A stretch of 63,987 nt of DNA, filler included, from Octopus bimaculoides (Eukaryota), in NCBI RefSeq assembly GCF_001194135.2. It is 7 parts of 7 records of this genome, joined end to end, with 100 filler letters (N's around TTAATTAATTAA, not from the genome) between each part and the next. Parts side by side here need not be neighbours in the genome. Positions count along the whole stretch, not along the records: positions 24,970 to 33,801 come from NW_026404006.1; positions 33,902 to 49,954 come from NC_068983.1; 5 more parts are not named here. One strand, written 5' to 3'. The translations under genes were made by a program, and so were the position numbers. Below the pieces are notes generated by a model, which saw only the letters and a program-made list of their open reading frames with translations, had not been told where the DNA came from and did no database searches. Position 1 is the first letter of the stretch. The number at the start of each line of letters is the position of its first letter. Of the stretch, positions 24,970-37,811 are shown piece after piece.

Positions 24970-25169
24970 TATATATATATATATATATATATTTATTTAT
25001 GGGTTTCAGCCAAGTGGCTGTGGTCATGCTGGAGCACCACCGTGACTTTCCGTCTTTATGCTGTGCTCTCTTCACGTTCCTTGCATGGCTCTTCTCCTCC
25101 ACCTGATATAGTCCAATCAAGAGATTTGATGGCACATCTGGTGTATAAGAGAATTTGACATCGCTACCC

Positions 25170-25270
25170 TAAACTATGTCTCATTTCGAGCCATTGGTTC
25201 GTCTGGTATCGTGGAAAGGAAAGCGTCGAGTTTTGTCTTGAAGACCTCTACATCCGTGTCTTGCAGGTAT
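25170..25270 (-). mobile_element. CR1-like LINE 3' fragment
   Basis: LQDTDVEVFKTKLDAFLSTIPDEP resembles the CR1 ORF2 end (FK.KLD.FL..IPD.P). Confidence 0.5.
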
Positions 25271-25469
25271 ATAATATATATAAATATATACAATTCATTC
25301 ACCAAATCAGGCTTTGTGCCTATAATAGAAAGAATTATTATTGTTATCATTATCATTCAACCACTTTCGTGGTTGAATATATTCTTAAGTCCACCAAGCT
25401 TCACCACTAATTCAGTTCTCAACTAAATTGCAAACTGTTAATAGCAACTAAAGAGGACACCTCCTCAGC

Positions 25470-25745
25470 TACTCTCTCTTAACCCTCTTTGCCCCTTCTG
25501 GATCATAGGGCCTCAACAGTTATTTTCCACTTTTTGCGGTCATTGGCGTGTTTCTTGGCTGTTTCCCATGTCAGGCCGGTGGTCCTGAGCTCGTCCGAAA
25601 TACTCCGCTTCTATGTCTGCTTCGGACGTCCTCGCTTCCTTTTCCCCTGCGGGTTCCAGTCAAGTGCTTGTCGTGTCATATTTGAGGGTTCTTTCCGCAG
25701 TGTGTGTCCGATCCATTTCCATTTCCTTCGTCCAATCTGAACATG
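25470..25745 (-). mobile_element. RTE LINE 3' end
   Basis: [44 protein letters not shown]..., the typical RTE C-terminus, with an in-frame stop. Confidence 0.85.
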
Positions 25746-26976
25746 TATGGGCTACACTTTGGCATAAATAGTTCGAAATTTGGTTCAGTAGAAAAAAGTT
25801 ACATCAAAGTATGTTAGACCTCAAGTGGGCAGTAAAGCACCTATTCACCTTCAATTAACATAAATTTTTTATTTCTAAAATAAAAGTATACTTTTCTTAG
25901 GCTTAAATGATAGAAAAATGCATGAGAAATTCAGAATCGTTGGTCGCATTGAACAACAAAATAAGAAACTTTTTACATAAAATATTGCAGCTAAAATTAA
26001 AATTTGAATATAAAAACTTATTTTATTATAGTTTACAAATAGTTTCAACGGTGGTGCATCAGCATGGCCGCAGCTCTGAGTTGAAACTAGAGGAGAAAAA
26101 AAATAACACTATACTTATTTAAGTAGGGTTTAAGTTGAATATAAAAACTATACTTATTTAAGTAGAATTTGGCTACTTTACTACCTTAAATACAGAAAAA
26201 AAGTGACTAATTAGACAAACTTACAAATTAACTGAACAGTTTTGTACAATAAATTTAAAAGATGAGAATTGTAAAGAGTGATAAATTAGAAGAACTGGCA
26301 TTCTTTGCCAAAATATTTTAAGTAAAAAGTTTCTTATTCTTTACTTTACTTGAAGTAATAGTTTGTCCTATACTTTTACAGGTGTAATAACTTGTCTTGT
26401 ACTTTTCCGAGTTTATAATCTTAAGAATATTACTTTTCATGCACGCATTTTTCCATGTAATGATTATTATCGAGTGAGGGAGCAGTGCATGCCAATCAAT
26501 GTGACAACTTGGTGATTTGACTTACCTTCCGGGTGATTTCTGGCAGGAACTATGTTTGGAAGCGGGTTACTACCTGTAACCGCAGGTGTCCACAAGCTTT
26601 CAATAGTCTTCCAAGTACTTAGAACGCTTCTAATAATCTTTCCCGTCGCTAAGCAGAAAACATTCCGTAGAAGCGCAACAGGACATTCTATTCCAGTCAC
26701 AATAAATCAAGTACCAGTGAAACACTGGGGGTCGATGTAATCGACTAGTCCCCTCCAAGCAAATTTCAGGCCTTGTGCTTTCTTCTTCTTCTTCTTATTA
26801 TTATTATTATTAATTAAACCATGATCCTCAAGGTGGTTCTCCCAGAGTGAGACCCTTCCATTGCATTCCGGTTGGGTTAACCTTTGCGATCGCCCCAAAT
26901 GTGGGCGACTCGGGTGCGCTATTTCTAAGTGTGGGGTCTGCGTTCGCGCTCACCCCGGAAATCAAACAAAGAACAG

Positions 26977-27012
<36 letters not shown>

Positions 27013-27470
27013 TTTTTCTTTTAAGGTGGTGAGTCGCAGAATCGTTACAGCACCGGGTAAAAATGCTGAGCGGCATTTCGCCCGTCGCTACGTTCTGAGG
27101 TCGACTTTGCCTTTCGTCCTTGCGGGGATCGATAAAATAAGTATCAGTTGAGTACCGGTTATTATTATTTGTTTATTTATTGCTGCTGGTGGTGTTGTTG
27201 TTGTTGGTGTTGCTGGTAGCGGTGGTGGTGATGGGTAAGTGCTGGTGGTGAGGGTGGTGGAGCTGTTGTTTTGTTAGCCAGAGATGAAAGACAAGACTTT
27301 TCCACTACGCACCGAACTGGGCCATTACTGCGCTGGAGTTGGTGAATAATTAAACAGGAAAAGCGACAGAGACAGAGAAGAAAGAGAGAAAGAGAGAGGG
27401 AGAGAAAGGGAGAAGGGGGAGGAAGGAGAAGATAGAGTGAAAAAGTGATAGAGAAAGACATAGTGGTATT

Positions 27471-27510
<40 letters not shown>

Positions 27511-27664
27511 AGTCAGAGAGAGAATAAAGAGTTGAGAGAGTGAGAGGGTCTCATGAAGAGAGACATAGCAACAAAGCCGTTATATACACACATAAATGAA
27601 TAGACAGAGAGCCATTCAAATACATACAGGCATGACACGATATGCATATTCACATACACACATC

Positions 27665-27718
<54 letters not shown>

Positions 27719-28880
27719 GATAGAGAGAGAGAGTATGTGAGAGACAGAGAGAGAATATGAGAGCGGGAAAGATATATGTATATATATTCTTGTATTCTTT
27801 TACTTGGTTCAGTCATTTGACTGTGGCCATGCTGGAGCACCGCCTTTAGTCGAATCAAATCGACCCCAGGACTTATTCTTTGTAAGCCTAGTACTTATTC
27901 TATCGGTCTCCTTTGCCGAACCGCTAAGTTACGGGGATCTAAACACACCAGCATCGGTTGTCAAGCAATGCTAGGGGGGACAAATAGAGAGAGAGAGAGA
28001 GAGNNNNNNNNNNNNNNNNNNNNNNNNNNNNNNNNNNNNNNNNNNNNNNNNNNNNNNNNNNNNNNNNNNNNNNNNNNNNNNNNNNNNNNNNNNNNNNNNN
28101 NNNNNNNNNNNNNNNNNNNNNNNNNNNNNNNNNNNNNNNNNNNNNNNNNNNNNNNNNNNNNNNNNNNNNNNNNNNNNNNNNNNNNNNNNNNNNNNNNNNN
28201 NNNNNNNNNNNNNNNNNNNNNNNNNNNNNNNNNNNNNNNNNNNNNNNNNNNNNNNNNNNNNNNNNNNNNNNNNNNNNNNNNNNNNNNNNNNNNNNNNNNN
28301 NNNNNNNNNNNNNNNNNNNNNNNNNNNNNNNNNNNNNNNNNNNNNNNNNNNNNNNNNNNNNNNNNNNNNNNNNNNNNNNNNNNNNNNNNNNNNNNNNNNN
28401 NNNNNNNNNNNNNNNNNNNNNNNNNNNNNNNNNNNNNNNNNNNNNNNNNNNNNNNNNNNNNNNNNNNNNNNNNNNNNNNNNNNNNNNNNNNNNNNNNNNN
28501 NNNNNNNNNNNNNNNNNNNNNNNNNNNNNNNNNNNNNNNNNNNNNNNNNNNNNNNNNNNNNNNNNNNNNNNNNNNNNNNNNNNNNNNNNNNNNNNNNNNN
28601 NNNNNNNNNNNNNNNNNNNTATATATATTATTTTGTTTAAAAGAGTTCCAACACTGTCTGTTTTTTATGTTTTATTTATATTCCTGCAGAACCAATGTGG
28701 GGTATAGAATATGGAATATACAATATATAATATAATATACAATATATAAAATAATATAATATAAAATAAAATAAAATAAAAATGGATGGCACCATGAAAG
28801 AAAGTATTGAATGTAGATGAAATATTGAGTGTTCAATATAAAGGATCAAATATATAAATATATAAATATAAATATATAAA

Positions 28881-28920
28881 GGCGACTCGAGTTTCAGGGC
28901 TATTTCCCTTCGTCATGGCC
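28881..28920 (-). ncRNA. Hammerhead-like motif with a 1-nt core insertion
   Basis: GGC-C(A)UGACGA-AGGG(aaauag)CCCU-GAAA-CUCGAG-UC/GCC: perfect stem II, palindrome ACUCGAGU, GUC triplet. Confidence 0.55.
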
Positions 28921-29143
28921 GGTATGACAGACTTTAACAGACTGTCTATATATAAAACGTACATAGGGGACAAATGATATAAATTTGTATTTCTCAAAAT
29001 TTCTCATTGATATATGTCTGAGGTCTTAGGTTCAGTTCTATGTATGTATGTGTATATATGTGTGCGACGGGCATTCGCCATGATAGATCGCTAGCGACTA
29101 AACCTTTTTTATTTATTCTCGCTCCCTGTTTCTTTCTGTGTTC

Positions 29144-29179
29144 CTTTCTGTCGAAGAGCCTAGGCCCGAAACGTAAAAG
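29144..29179 (+). ncRNA. Hammerhead-like motif in a PLE terminal-repeat relic (29050-29280)
   Basis: CUUU-CUGUCGA-A-GAGCCUAGGCCC-GAAA-CG-UA/AAAG. The core deviates from CUGANGA at position 6. Confidence 0.5.
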
Positions 29180-29350
29180 ACTTTCTCACCTTCCCAAGCG
29201 TTAAACTAATACATCTGTTCGTTGTTTAAACACCCGTCTTCCTCTTTTGTTTTGTTTGCTTTTTTTGTAAATTCCAACTCTATATCTATATTACTTTCTG
29301 TATCTCTCTGTCTTTTTTTCTCTCCCCCTTTCTCTCTCTCTCTCTCTGTC

Positions 29351-29384
<34 letters not shown>

Positions 29385-30099
29385 AACTTAATATCTTAAC
29401 TATTTGTTAACTAGTCGTTTCACGCTTTCCCACTGCACCCCTGCCTAGTACGCAGTCCCATTACGTTTAACATCGTTACATGCCTGGCATCCTGTAAACG
29501 TACATGTGTATGCCTCTATGAGTATACGCACGCACACACACACAGACACACACACACACACACCGAAAGATATAGATATACGTATGTGGACATTTATAAT
29601 GCAGATGTATCTTTCTCCCGTCTATTAATGTATTTTGATATTTATGTACACTAACGAATTCCCATCTAATTTCATTATCTGGCGTATTAATCTCTTCTTT
29701 CTCTCTGTATTTCTTCCTACATATATATATNNNNNNNNNNNNNNNNNNNNNNNNNNNNNNNNNNNNNNNNNNNNNNNNNNNNNNNNNNNNNNNNNNNNNN
29801 NNNNNNNNNNNNNNNNNNNNNNNNNNNNNNNNNNNNNNNNNNNNNNNNNNNNNNNNNNNNNNNNNNNNNNNNNNNNNNNNNNNNNNNNNNNNNNNNNNNN
29901 NNNNNNNNNNNNNNNNNNNNNNNNNNNNNNNNNNNNNNNNNNNNNNNNNNNNNNNNNNNNNNNNNNNNNNNNNNNNNNNNNNNNNNNNNNNNNNNNNNNN
30001 NNNNNNNNNNNNNNNNNNNNNNNNNNNNNNNNNNNNNNNNNNNNNNNNNNNNNNNNTATATATATATGTGTATATAGATATATACAATAATATTTGTAA

Positions 30100-30133
<34 letters not shown>

Positions 30134-30433
30134 CATACTTATATATGTATATAACATCGTTGAATTGTCGGAAGCTGCAGGTTTTCGCTTTTTATCAATG
30201 AACTGTGTTAGTAAAACGCTATAAATACATATTACAGGCACACAAGCACACACATACAAACACACACATACACATATGCAATTTGTAATAATGAAAGCTA
30301 AACCAACTAATCATATTTTGAAAGTATTTAATATACACGTTTCAGATATTCCTAATAGTAGGAAACTTAATCCTAAATGCAATATCTTCTTCAGTTGATG
30401 CATTTGAAAATCTGAACCAACTGATGGAAATAG

Positions 30434-30475
<42 letters not shown>

Positions 30476-30756
30476 TGTATGTTTGTGGACAGCAAGTGAA
30501 ATCGGCCACTAAACCAGGAACAAGAAGAATATGTATATATAGAGAGAAGGGACGTGTTTCCTATCACGTGATATGCAAGTTGAGAAACGTACGCATTAAG
30601 TACTTTCAACGCCTCACAAATGGGTTTGATTTCATTATCTCGAATTATATGACTTCACGCCATTATAAACCGGCTTCTCCCGACTCCCCCTTTATGCAGA
30701 TTCTCTAACATGGGGTAGGAGCAGGTCTTAATATTTAGTTCGAGTAGGCCGGCAAG

Positions 30757-30798
<42 letters not shown>

Positions 30799-30959
30799 TT
30801 ATGTTTGACTTTTGTTTTCCATTTGTACAAGTTGGATCCAAGTCTCACCCAGAGACCTCAAGAGACAACAAGTTAGAAGTTCATGTATGTGTTATGCCTA
30901 GGGTACAATATATTTTTATTTGTACAGTGTTGTTCTAGAGAATAATAATAATAATAATA

Positions 30960-30991
<32 letters not shown>

Positions 30992-31188
30992 GGCGGCGAG
31001 GTGGCAGAATTATTAGCACGTTGGAAAAAATGCTTAGCGGCGTTTCGTCAGTCTCCACCGTGGTCGATTTTTTGCCTTTCATCCTTCCGGGATCGATAAA
31101 TTAAGTACCAATTAAGTACTGGTATAGATTTGATCGACTGTGCCCCCCTCCCCACAGTAATCCAGGCCTTGTGCCCACAGTAGAAAGG

Positions 31189-31223
<35 letters not shown>

Positions 31224-31309
31224 CATCATCATCGTAGCGGTTGCTGTTTTTGTTGTCGTGTCAGTTATCGCGATCTCAATGGCTCTATGATTGATTTCTC
31301 ATTCAACTG

Positions 31310-31507
31310 TTCGTAGCGATGAGGTATCGATCCTCACACCGACTTTCTCTTTACGTTCTTCCACCACCCGCCACCTCCTCCTCCAGCCCACTCAGCTGTT
31401 CTCGCCTCGGCCTTCAGGGGATGGCGGCGGCGGCGGTGGTTGTTGTTCTTGAGGTGATGGTTGGCGCTGGTCGTGGTAGTGGTATGACGTTGCGGCTTAG
31501 TGGTAGA

Positions 31508-31539
<32 letters not shown>

Positions 31540-31930
31540 CACTACTACTACTACTACTACTGTTACTAATACTATTACTGCTCCTGCTCTTGCCGTTACT
31601 ACTACCACCACCACCACTACTACTACTATTACTACTATGACTACTACTACCTCTACTGTTACTACTACCTCTACTGTTACTACTATTACTACTACTGCTT
31701 CTGCTACTGGCACTACTACAGCCACTACCACCCCCACCATCATTGCTACCGATTTTACTACTACTACTACTACTACTATTACAAGTGCTGCTAGTACTAC
31801 TACTAATACTGTTGTTGCTGCTGCTAATGCAACTACTACTACTACTGCTGCTGTTACCACCGCTACCACCTCCAACCACATCAACACCAGGAGCCTTACC
31901 ACCGCCACAGCCAACCCCCCCCCCCATCTT
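31310..31930. repeat. Compound (ACT)n/(ACC)n/(GCT)n trinucleotide low-complexity tract
   Basis: Direct observation. It produces homopolymer ORFs in four frames on both strands. Confidence 0.9.
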
Positions 31931-32850
31931 TATAACAAACACCAATGTTACTGGAACCATTGGACCAATTCTCTGATGTATACAAATAAACACACATGGT
32001 TTGAGCAGATCTCTTTAAATATATAGAAATGTGTGTGTATATACAGATATATATATATGTGTGTGTGTGTGTGNNNNNNNNNNNNNNNNNNNNNNNNNNN
32101 NNNNNNNNNNNNNNNNNNNNNNNNNNNNNNNNNNNNNNNNNNNNNNNNNNNNNNNNNNNNNNNNNNNNNNNNNNNNNNNNNNNNNNNNNNNNNNNNNNNN
32201 NNNNNNNNNNNNNNNNNNNNNNNNNNNNNNNNNNNNNNNNNNNNNNNNNNNNNNNNNNNNNNNNNNNNNNNNNNNNNNNNNNNNNNNNNNNNNNNNNNNN
32301 NNNNNNNNNNNNNNNNNNNNNNNNNNNNNNNNNNNNNNNNNNNNNNNNNNNNNNNNNNNNNNNNNNNNNNNNNNNNNNNNNNNNNNNNNNNNNNNNNNNN
32401 NNNNNNNNNNNNNNNNNNNNNNNNNNNNNNNNNNNNNNNNNNNNNNNNNNNNNNNNNNNNNNNNNNNNNNNNNNNNNNNNNNNNNNNNNNNNNNNNNNNN
32501 NNNNNNNNNNNNNNNNNNNNNNNNNNNNNNNNNNNNNNNNNNNNNNNNNNNNNNNNNNNNNNNNNNNNNNNNNNNNNNNNNNNNNNNNNNNNNNNNNNNN
32601 NNNNNNNNNNNNNNNNNNNNNNNNNNNNNNNNNNNNNNNNNNNNNNNNNNNNNNNNNNNNNNNNNNNNNNNNNNNNNNNNNNNNNNNNNNNNNNNNNNNN
32701 NNNNNNNNNNNNNNNNNNNNNNNNNNNNNNNNNNNNNNNNNNNNNNNNNNNNNNNNNNNNNNNNNNNNNNNNNNATACGGGAGAGCACTACTTGATATAG
32801 TTAGTATCGCTACAGTATCGTTTTATGTATATATATATATATATATATAT

Positions 32851-32885
<35 letters not shown>

Positions 32886-32959
32886 GATAGACAGACAGGT
32901 AGATAGATAGATAACTAATACACAGCGTACCTACATATACACATGTATACACAACTGTG

Positions 32960-33249
32960 TAAATGTATACTCACTATCATACATGTATATACATATACAC
33001 GCTCATAAATATACATATATATATATATATACACACACAATACACTTACATACACATGCATAGGTATACATATACACACACACACACACATACATATACA
33101 CACACACATACATATACACACACACACATACATATACACACACACACATACATATACACACACACACACATACATATACACACACACACATACATACATA
33201 CACACACACACACACATACATATACACACACACACACACACACACATGC

Positions 33250-33298
<49 letters not shown>

Positions 33299-33471
33299 CT
33301 CAAACAGGTACATACGCATATTCATACGTACGTAATACATACATATACACGCTCATAAATATATATATATATACACATACTCATATTTATACATATATGC
33401 GAACGTGTGCCTCAATACACACACATATATATATATTCACAATACACTTACATACACATGCATACGTATAC

Positions 33472-33510
<39 letters not shown>

Positions 33511-33539
33511 CTCATAAACACATACATAAGCATATTCAT

Positions 33540-33572
<33 letters not shown>

Positions 33573-33611
33573 AATACACTCATAAACACATACATAGGCA
33601 TATATATTCAT

Positions 33612-33642
<31 letters not shown>

Positions 33643-33671
33643 CTCATAAACATATACATAAGCATATTCAT

Positions 33672-33723
<52 letters not shown>

Positions 33724-33751
33724 TCATAAACACATACATAAGCATATTCAT

Positions 33752-33784
<33 letters not shown>

Positions 33785-33801
33785 AATACACTCATAAACA
33801 C
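32960..33801. repeat. Minisatellite with embedded (CA)n/(TA)n
   Basis: Anchor CTCATAAACACATACATAAGCATATTCATA recurs near 33511, 33579, 33643, 33723 and 33791 with variable microsatellite spacers. Confidence 0.8.
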
Positions 33802-33901
33802 NNNNNNNNNNNNNNNNNNNNNNNNNNNNNNNNNNNNNNNNNNNNTTAATTAATTAANNNNNNNNNNNNNNNNNNNNNNNNNNNNNNNNNNNNNNNNNNN
33901 N

Positions 33902-34451
33902 GAGATCCTAACGGCTAAGAACGACCTATTAAACAGGAGATATGAATCTAGTCTAATCTGTCTTCACGCTACTAAATACTCACTCTCTAAGTATAATTAA
34001 ATATATAATACATTACACCTCCTAAGTAAAACTAAATATGCATAAAAGAATTTTCCTTCTAAGTATTATTAATTATAAGTAGATACGAATAAGACCAGAG
34101 TTAGCCCCCTTTTCACCTAAATTTAGGGTTGCTTCCCTGTACTAACACCGCCGGTGCTATAAATATACGACGCATCCCTCAATCATAAAATCACGTGGAG
34201 ATGCATTTGATTAAACCCGGAATAATGAGCTTAAATAGCACCCATCCTACATCCCTTTACAGGAAAACCAACACAACTTCAACTCAAACGTAAGGCTTTC
34301 TTTACCTATCGCTATTATTATACCACCATGTACATTAATATACCCACTAATCACTTCTCCTATATCCCTCACACCACGAACTCTTAACAAACACCTCAAC
34401 ATTCTGAAGAGATCTGCCAAACCATTGGGTAGATTGAAACGTACGTAAATG
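33902..34451 (+). mobile_element. Penelope-like element 3' end (GIY-YIG tail, 3' region, ribozyme)
   Basis: 33902 onward reads EILTAKNDLLNRRYESSLICLHATKYSLSKY (LLN.R.E....C.H..K..L pattern). A hammerhead lies 400 nt downstream on the same strand. Confidence 0.7.
34400..34451 (+). ncRNA. Minimal type-I hammerhead ribozyme motif
   Basis: CAUU-CUGAAGA-GAUCUGCC(aaaccauug)GGUAGAUU-GAAA-CGUACG-UA/AAUG: 4-bp stem I, 8-bp stem II with two G.U pairs, palindrome ACGUACGU, GUA triplet. Confidence 0.75.
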
Positions 34452-35449
34452 ACTATTACATAACATCCACAATGACTCACTACATAACCTCAACCTCCAC
34501 AATGACTCATTACATAACCTCCACATAGTAAAACAACGGCTAACTAGCCCAACAGAATTGCTTCTTCTTGTATTTGTTGCTCCATTCTCCACATAAATAT
34601 ATNNNNNNNNNNNNNNNNNNNNNNNNNNNNNNNNNNNNNNNTATATATGTATGTATATCAACGTATGTATGCATATTACCTTACATTATATAATAAATAA
34701 CTTCTTCATGCATATTCGCGCGTGCTTATACGAATCATTTTCCACAGCCTGAAATTCTTTTGTTTCTACGATGCCCGACTTTTCACCTACGTCTATAAAT
34801 ATTTTAAATGTGAAGCATTTTCAGGAGTACTGTGAAAAATAGCGTAGAAAACTTTGAAATTGTAAATACATGCTCATAATTTAATTGTAGGTAAAAAATA
34901 ATTTCCTTGTATTATATGATTTTTGATTCATTTTTCTCCTGAAAGGATTTCGTCGTACAGAACAACCCTTGACTTCTATGTCGAGCAGTTTTGGAGAACA
35001 GATTTAAATAGAGGCAAAGAATCTCTAATCGGTTATCAAGCATTACAGCAGTGAGTGCACGCACTCGCTAATGCGCGCACACACACATATTCTCTGGATA
35101 AATGTGTGTATAAAACTCTAAAACGGTTTGTGTGTGTAGTTTATCGCTAGAACTGAAACAATCAATTAAAAAAAATGATGATAGAAATTCGCTTGCAATA
35201 TCTTTTTTCCATTTATTATATTTATATTTTTTCATGAAATAGCAGGTGATCAAATTAGGTATGCTTCACTAAGCTAACCTGCTCACGGTCACCTGAAGTC
35301 AAACCGTAATGAAGCATACTTATGAATGTAAATCAATTGATTGTCCTACAAAAGGTACACCTGACACGAAAGGAAGCAATCAATTATACCATCTTCTAGT
35401 ATAATATTTAAAGAAACATCGATTAGTTAATACAACCGATATATAAATG

Positions 35450-37650
35450 AGACACTAACTATAAAATTTGTCTTTCATGCGAATCCAGCATTTGCCGCTT
35501 CTCTGCAATAGATCTGTTTGTGTTGTAATTAATGATATTATTCCAAAGTATATTATTGCAATCAAATTATGCCAATACTTTTTGTAATGTCTTCTAAAGT
35601 AATTTGTTGCATGCAGGTATTATTTAGCGATTCACGTCCCATAGAAAATTGTTATGAAATATCTAACTGTAAGCTTGCCGTTAATACGTAACATCGACCA
35701 GACGTAGCTTCATTGTGGGCAAGTAAGATAACAAAGAGTTAATACAATATATGTTAGCAATTTAAATTTGTTATTAGCGCATTTGAGAAGAAAGGAGTTA
35801 AGCTCATATTTCAATATTCATATAGCTATGACGATTGTATTTCCACAAATGCTGGCATTTTAATCAAAAATAAAAGCCATTATTTATCGATTGAACTTTC
35901 ATTGATATGTTTGCATTAAAACTATTTCTATCTTAAATCTATGTTGTATAATGGGAGTAGTTCAAAATTCGGACATCGAATTCATGCATATCGATCTGAA
36001 TGATTGTGCAGTGGAATATTTCTAATATGCCGGTTGTGCATTTTTCGTCAAGTTACCCTCAGCTTTTTCTAAGAGACATGCCTGACTCGTACATAACTCT
36101 TACAAAATTCAAGGCATGCAATGTCAGAAACTAGATTTTCAGATATTTTTCATCTAAAAATAATTCTGTCCTTTTTTTTAAAGGATCTTTGAACCTTCGG
36201 ATGTATATATAGAAGTTCTTAAATTTGATATTCCAAATATTTTTTACTGTTGTGTCTAAGTTATGTTAGGTAAGTAAATGAACATTTGTAAAAGTTTCTT
36301 TAGCAATCTTGGCTAGTTTTTTCTTTCACATATCTCATGGTTCAGTAAAGTTCTTTGTTTTAGTCGTATTTTCAGGGTGGAAAATTGCGATTTATTTTAA
36401 CGGTTTCAATATCTTTAGTATTATGCGGAGTAATGGGGGTAATGTTCTTTATTAATGAGGGTAAATAAAACTTTTCAATCAAAGTATCTTCCTATAGTCT
36501 TGCGTTTCGAATATTTGAATCTGAAACGATCACATATATTCTTGTATTTAGATTGAAAAGAATATTGCTTCTCGTGAATTTCAGATAGTATATAGCCAAA
36601 AATAAGTAGTCCTTTGCCTCTCTTGATTTACAATATTCCTATGTTTCGATCTTATTCATATTTTGTATAAATAGCATATTAAAAAGTAAAATTTAGGCTT
36701 GCTGTACTTTATAACAAATTATATGTTACTGTGAATAAGAATTAGGAAAGTCGTATAGTTAGAATATCCAATGTGAATTTTCTACCTGAGGGATAAAACA
36801 ACTAGCGATTATTAAAATATCATCTCTACTTTCCATTCAACTAACTGTATCAAACGTTTCCATCTGTTTTTAGATTATGTTCTTAAATATGTTTATTGCA
36901 GGTTATCCCAATAATAAATTTAATTCTGTGGTTCCTTTTGTTTTTCCAAATTTTTGTCTGTATATTGCTTGTTTAGAATTGAAATATGAACTTTTCTATG
37001 ACAATTTGGAGCCGTTCAATAACAGTTTCTCCTATGAGGTCTGTCAATTTCTAAGGGTATTTGTGAAGCTAATATTTTTGCAGTTTATTTGTATACTGGC
37101 TAACTAAATCAGGTCAGGCTATGACGCTTTTTATATTCGTCATATATGAACGATATTTTAACACAACCAATAATTTAATCTTGTAGTAATTTATATTTTC
37201 CACTTATGGTTTAAAAATGCATCTAAAAGATTACAAAATCGATGGGTTTCACAAAATCGAGCTGCCTCTATTGGTCCTAATTTTCAGTCATTTGAGTGAA
37301 GATAGTTTTAACAAACAAGCTCTCTGCTGGCATCATTTATGATATTACTTTTGAGAAATGTTTTGTATTCCATAAAAAGTACTAATTTTACATTTAAAAC
37401 TGGTTATACAGTTTTTATTATCAGTTAAGCCTTTTCGGTCGAAATTCCGAGGACGTTAAATGTTTGTATTATTATCTGCTGACTATAGTCCTTAATTATT
37501 TTACAACTTTTGTCCTCAAACTTGGATAAAGCGTGATTTTTATAGTAGCTTATGTTCATCATCAGTGAACTAATTCCGTTGCCATCTTATTTTATGATCA
37601 GTTTTGAATCAGTTAAAATGGAAAAATATCATAAATGATATTTTTCCATT
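35450..37650 (-). mobile_element. Heavily degraded Penelope-like RT / GIY-YIG coding region
   Basis: Collinear relics on the minus strand: LVSQYTN (~37095), IYRQKFG (~36950), RDDILII (~36820, catalytic xDD), YLTCPQ*SYV (~35715). Many stops and frameshifts. Confidence 0.55.
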
Positions 37651-37767
37651 TCGTTTGTTGAAATTTAAACATACTCTATGTTTCATACCGTTCTATATTT
37701 AAGAGATGAGGTATTACGTACAGTATTTACATTTGACGAATATTTGTTCACATCTTGTTTGTTGTTT

Positions 37768-37811
37768 ACACAACGTTTCGGCTGATATAACCTCCAGCCT
37801 TCATCAGGTGT
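37768..37811 (-). ncRNA. Minimal type-I hammerhead ribozyme motif in a PLE terminal repeat
   Basis: ACAC-CUGAUGA-A-GGCUG(gagguuauau)CAGCC-GAAA-CG-UU/GUGU: intact core, extra A after A9, 5-bp stem II, palindrome AACGUU, GUU triplet. Same strand as the adjacent PLE relic. Confidence 0.7.

Noticed and set aside
26526-26549. FLPEITRK on minus before a strong donor, resembling DEP-domain FGPEVTRK
   Set aside because: In-frame stop immediately upstream, no acceptor tract, and no other DEP residues in any frame.
31319-32026. 235-aa Thr-rich and 219-aa Ser-rich ORFs resembling mucins
   Set aside because: Trinucleotide repeats are open in several frames on both strands, with no splice signals or signal peptide.
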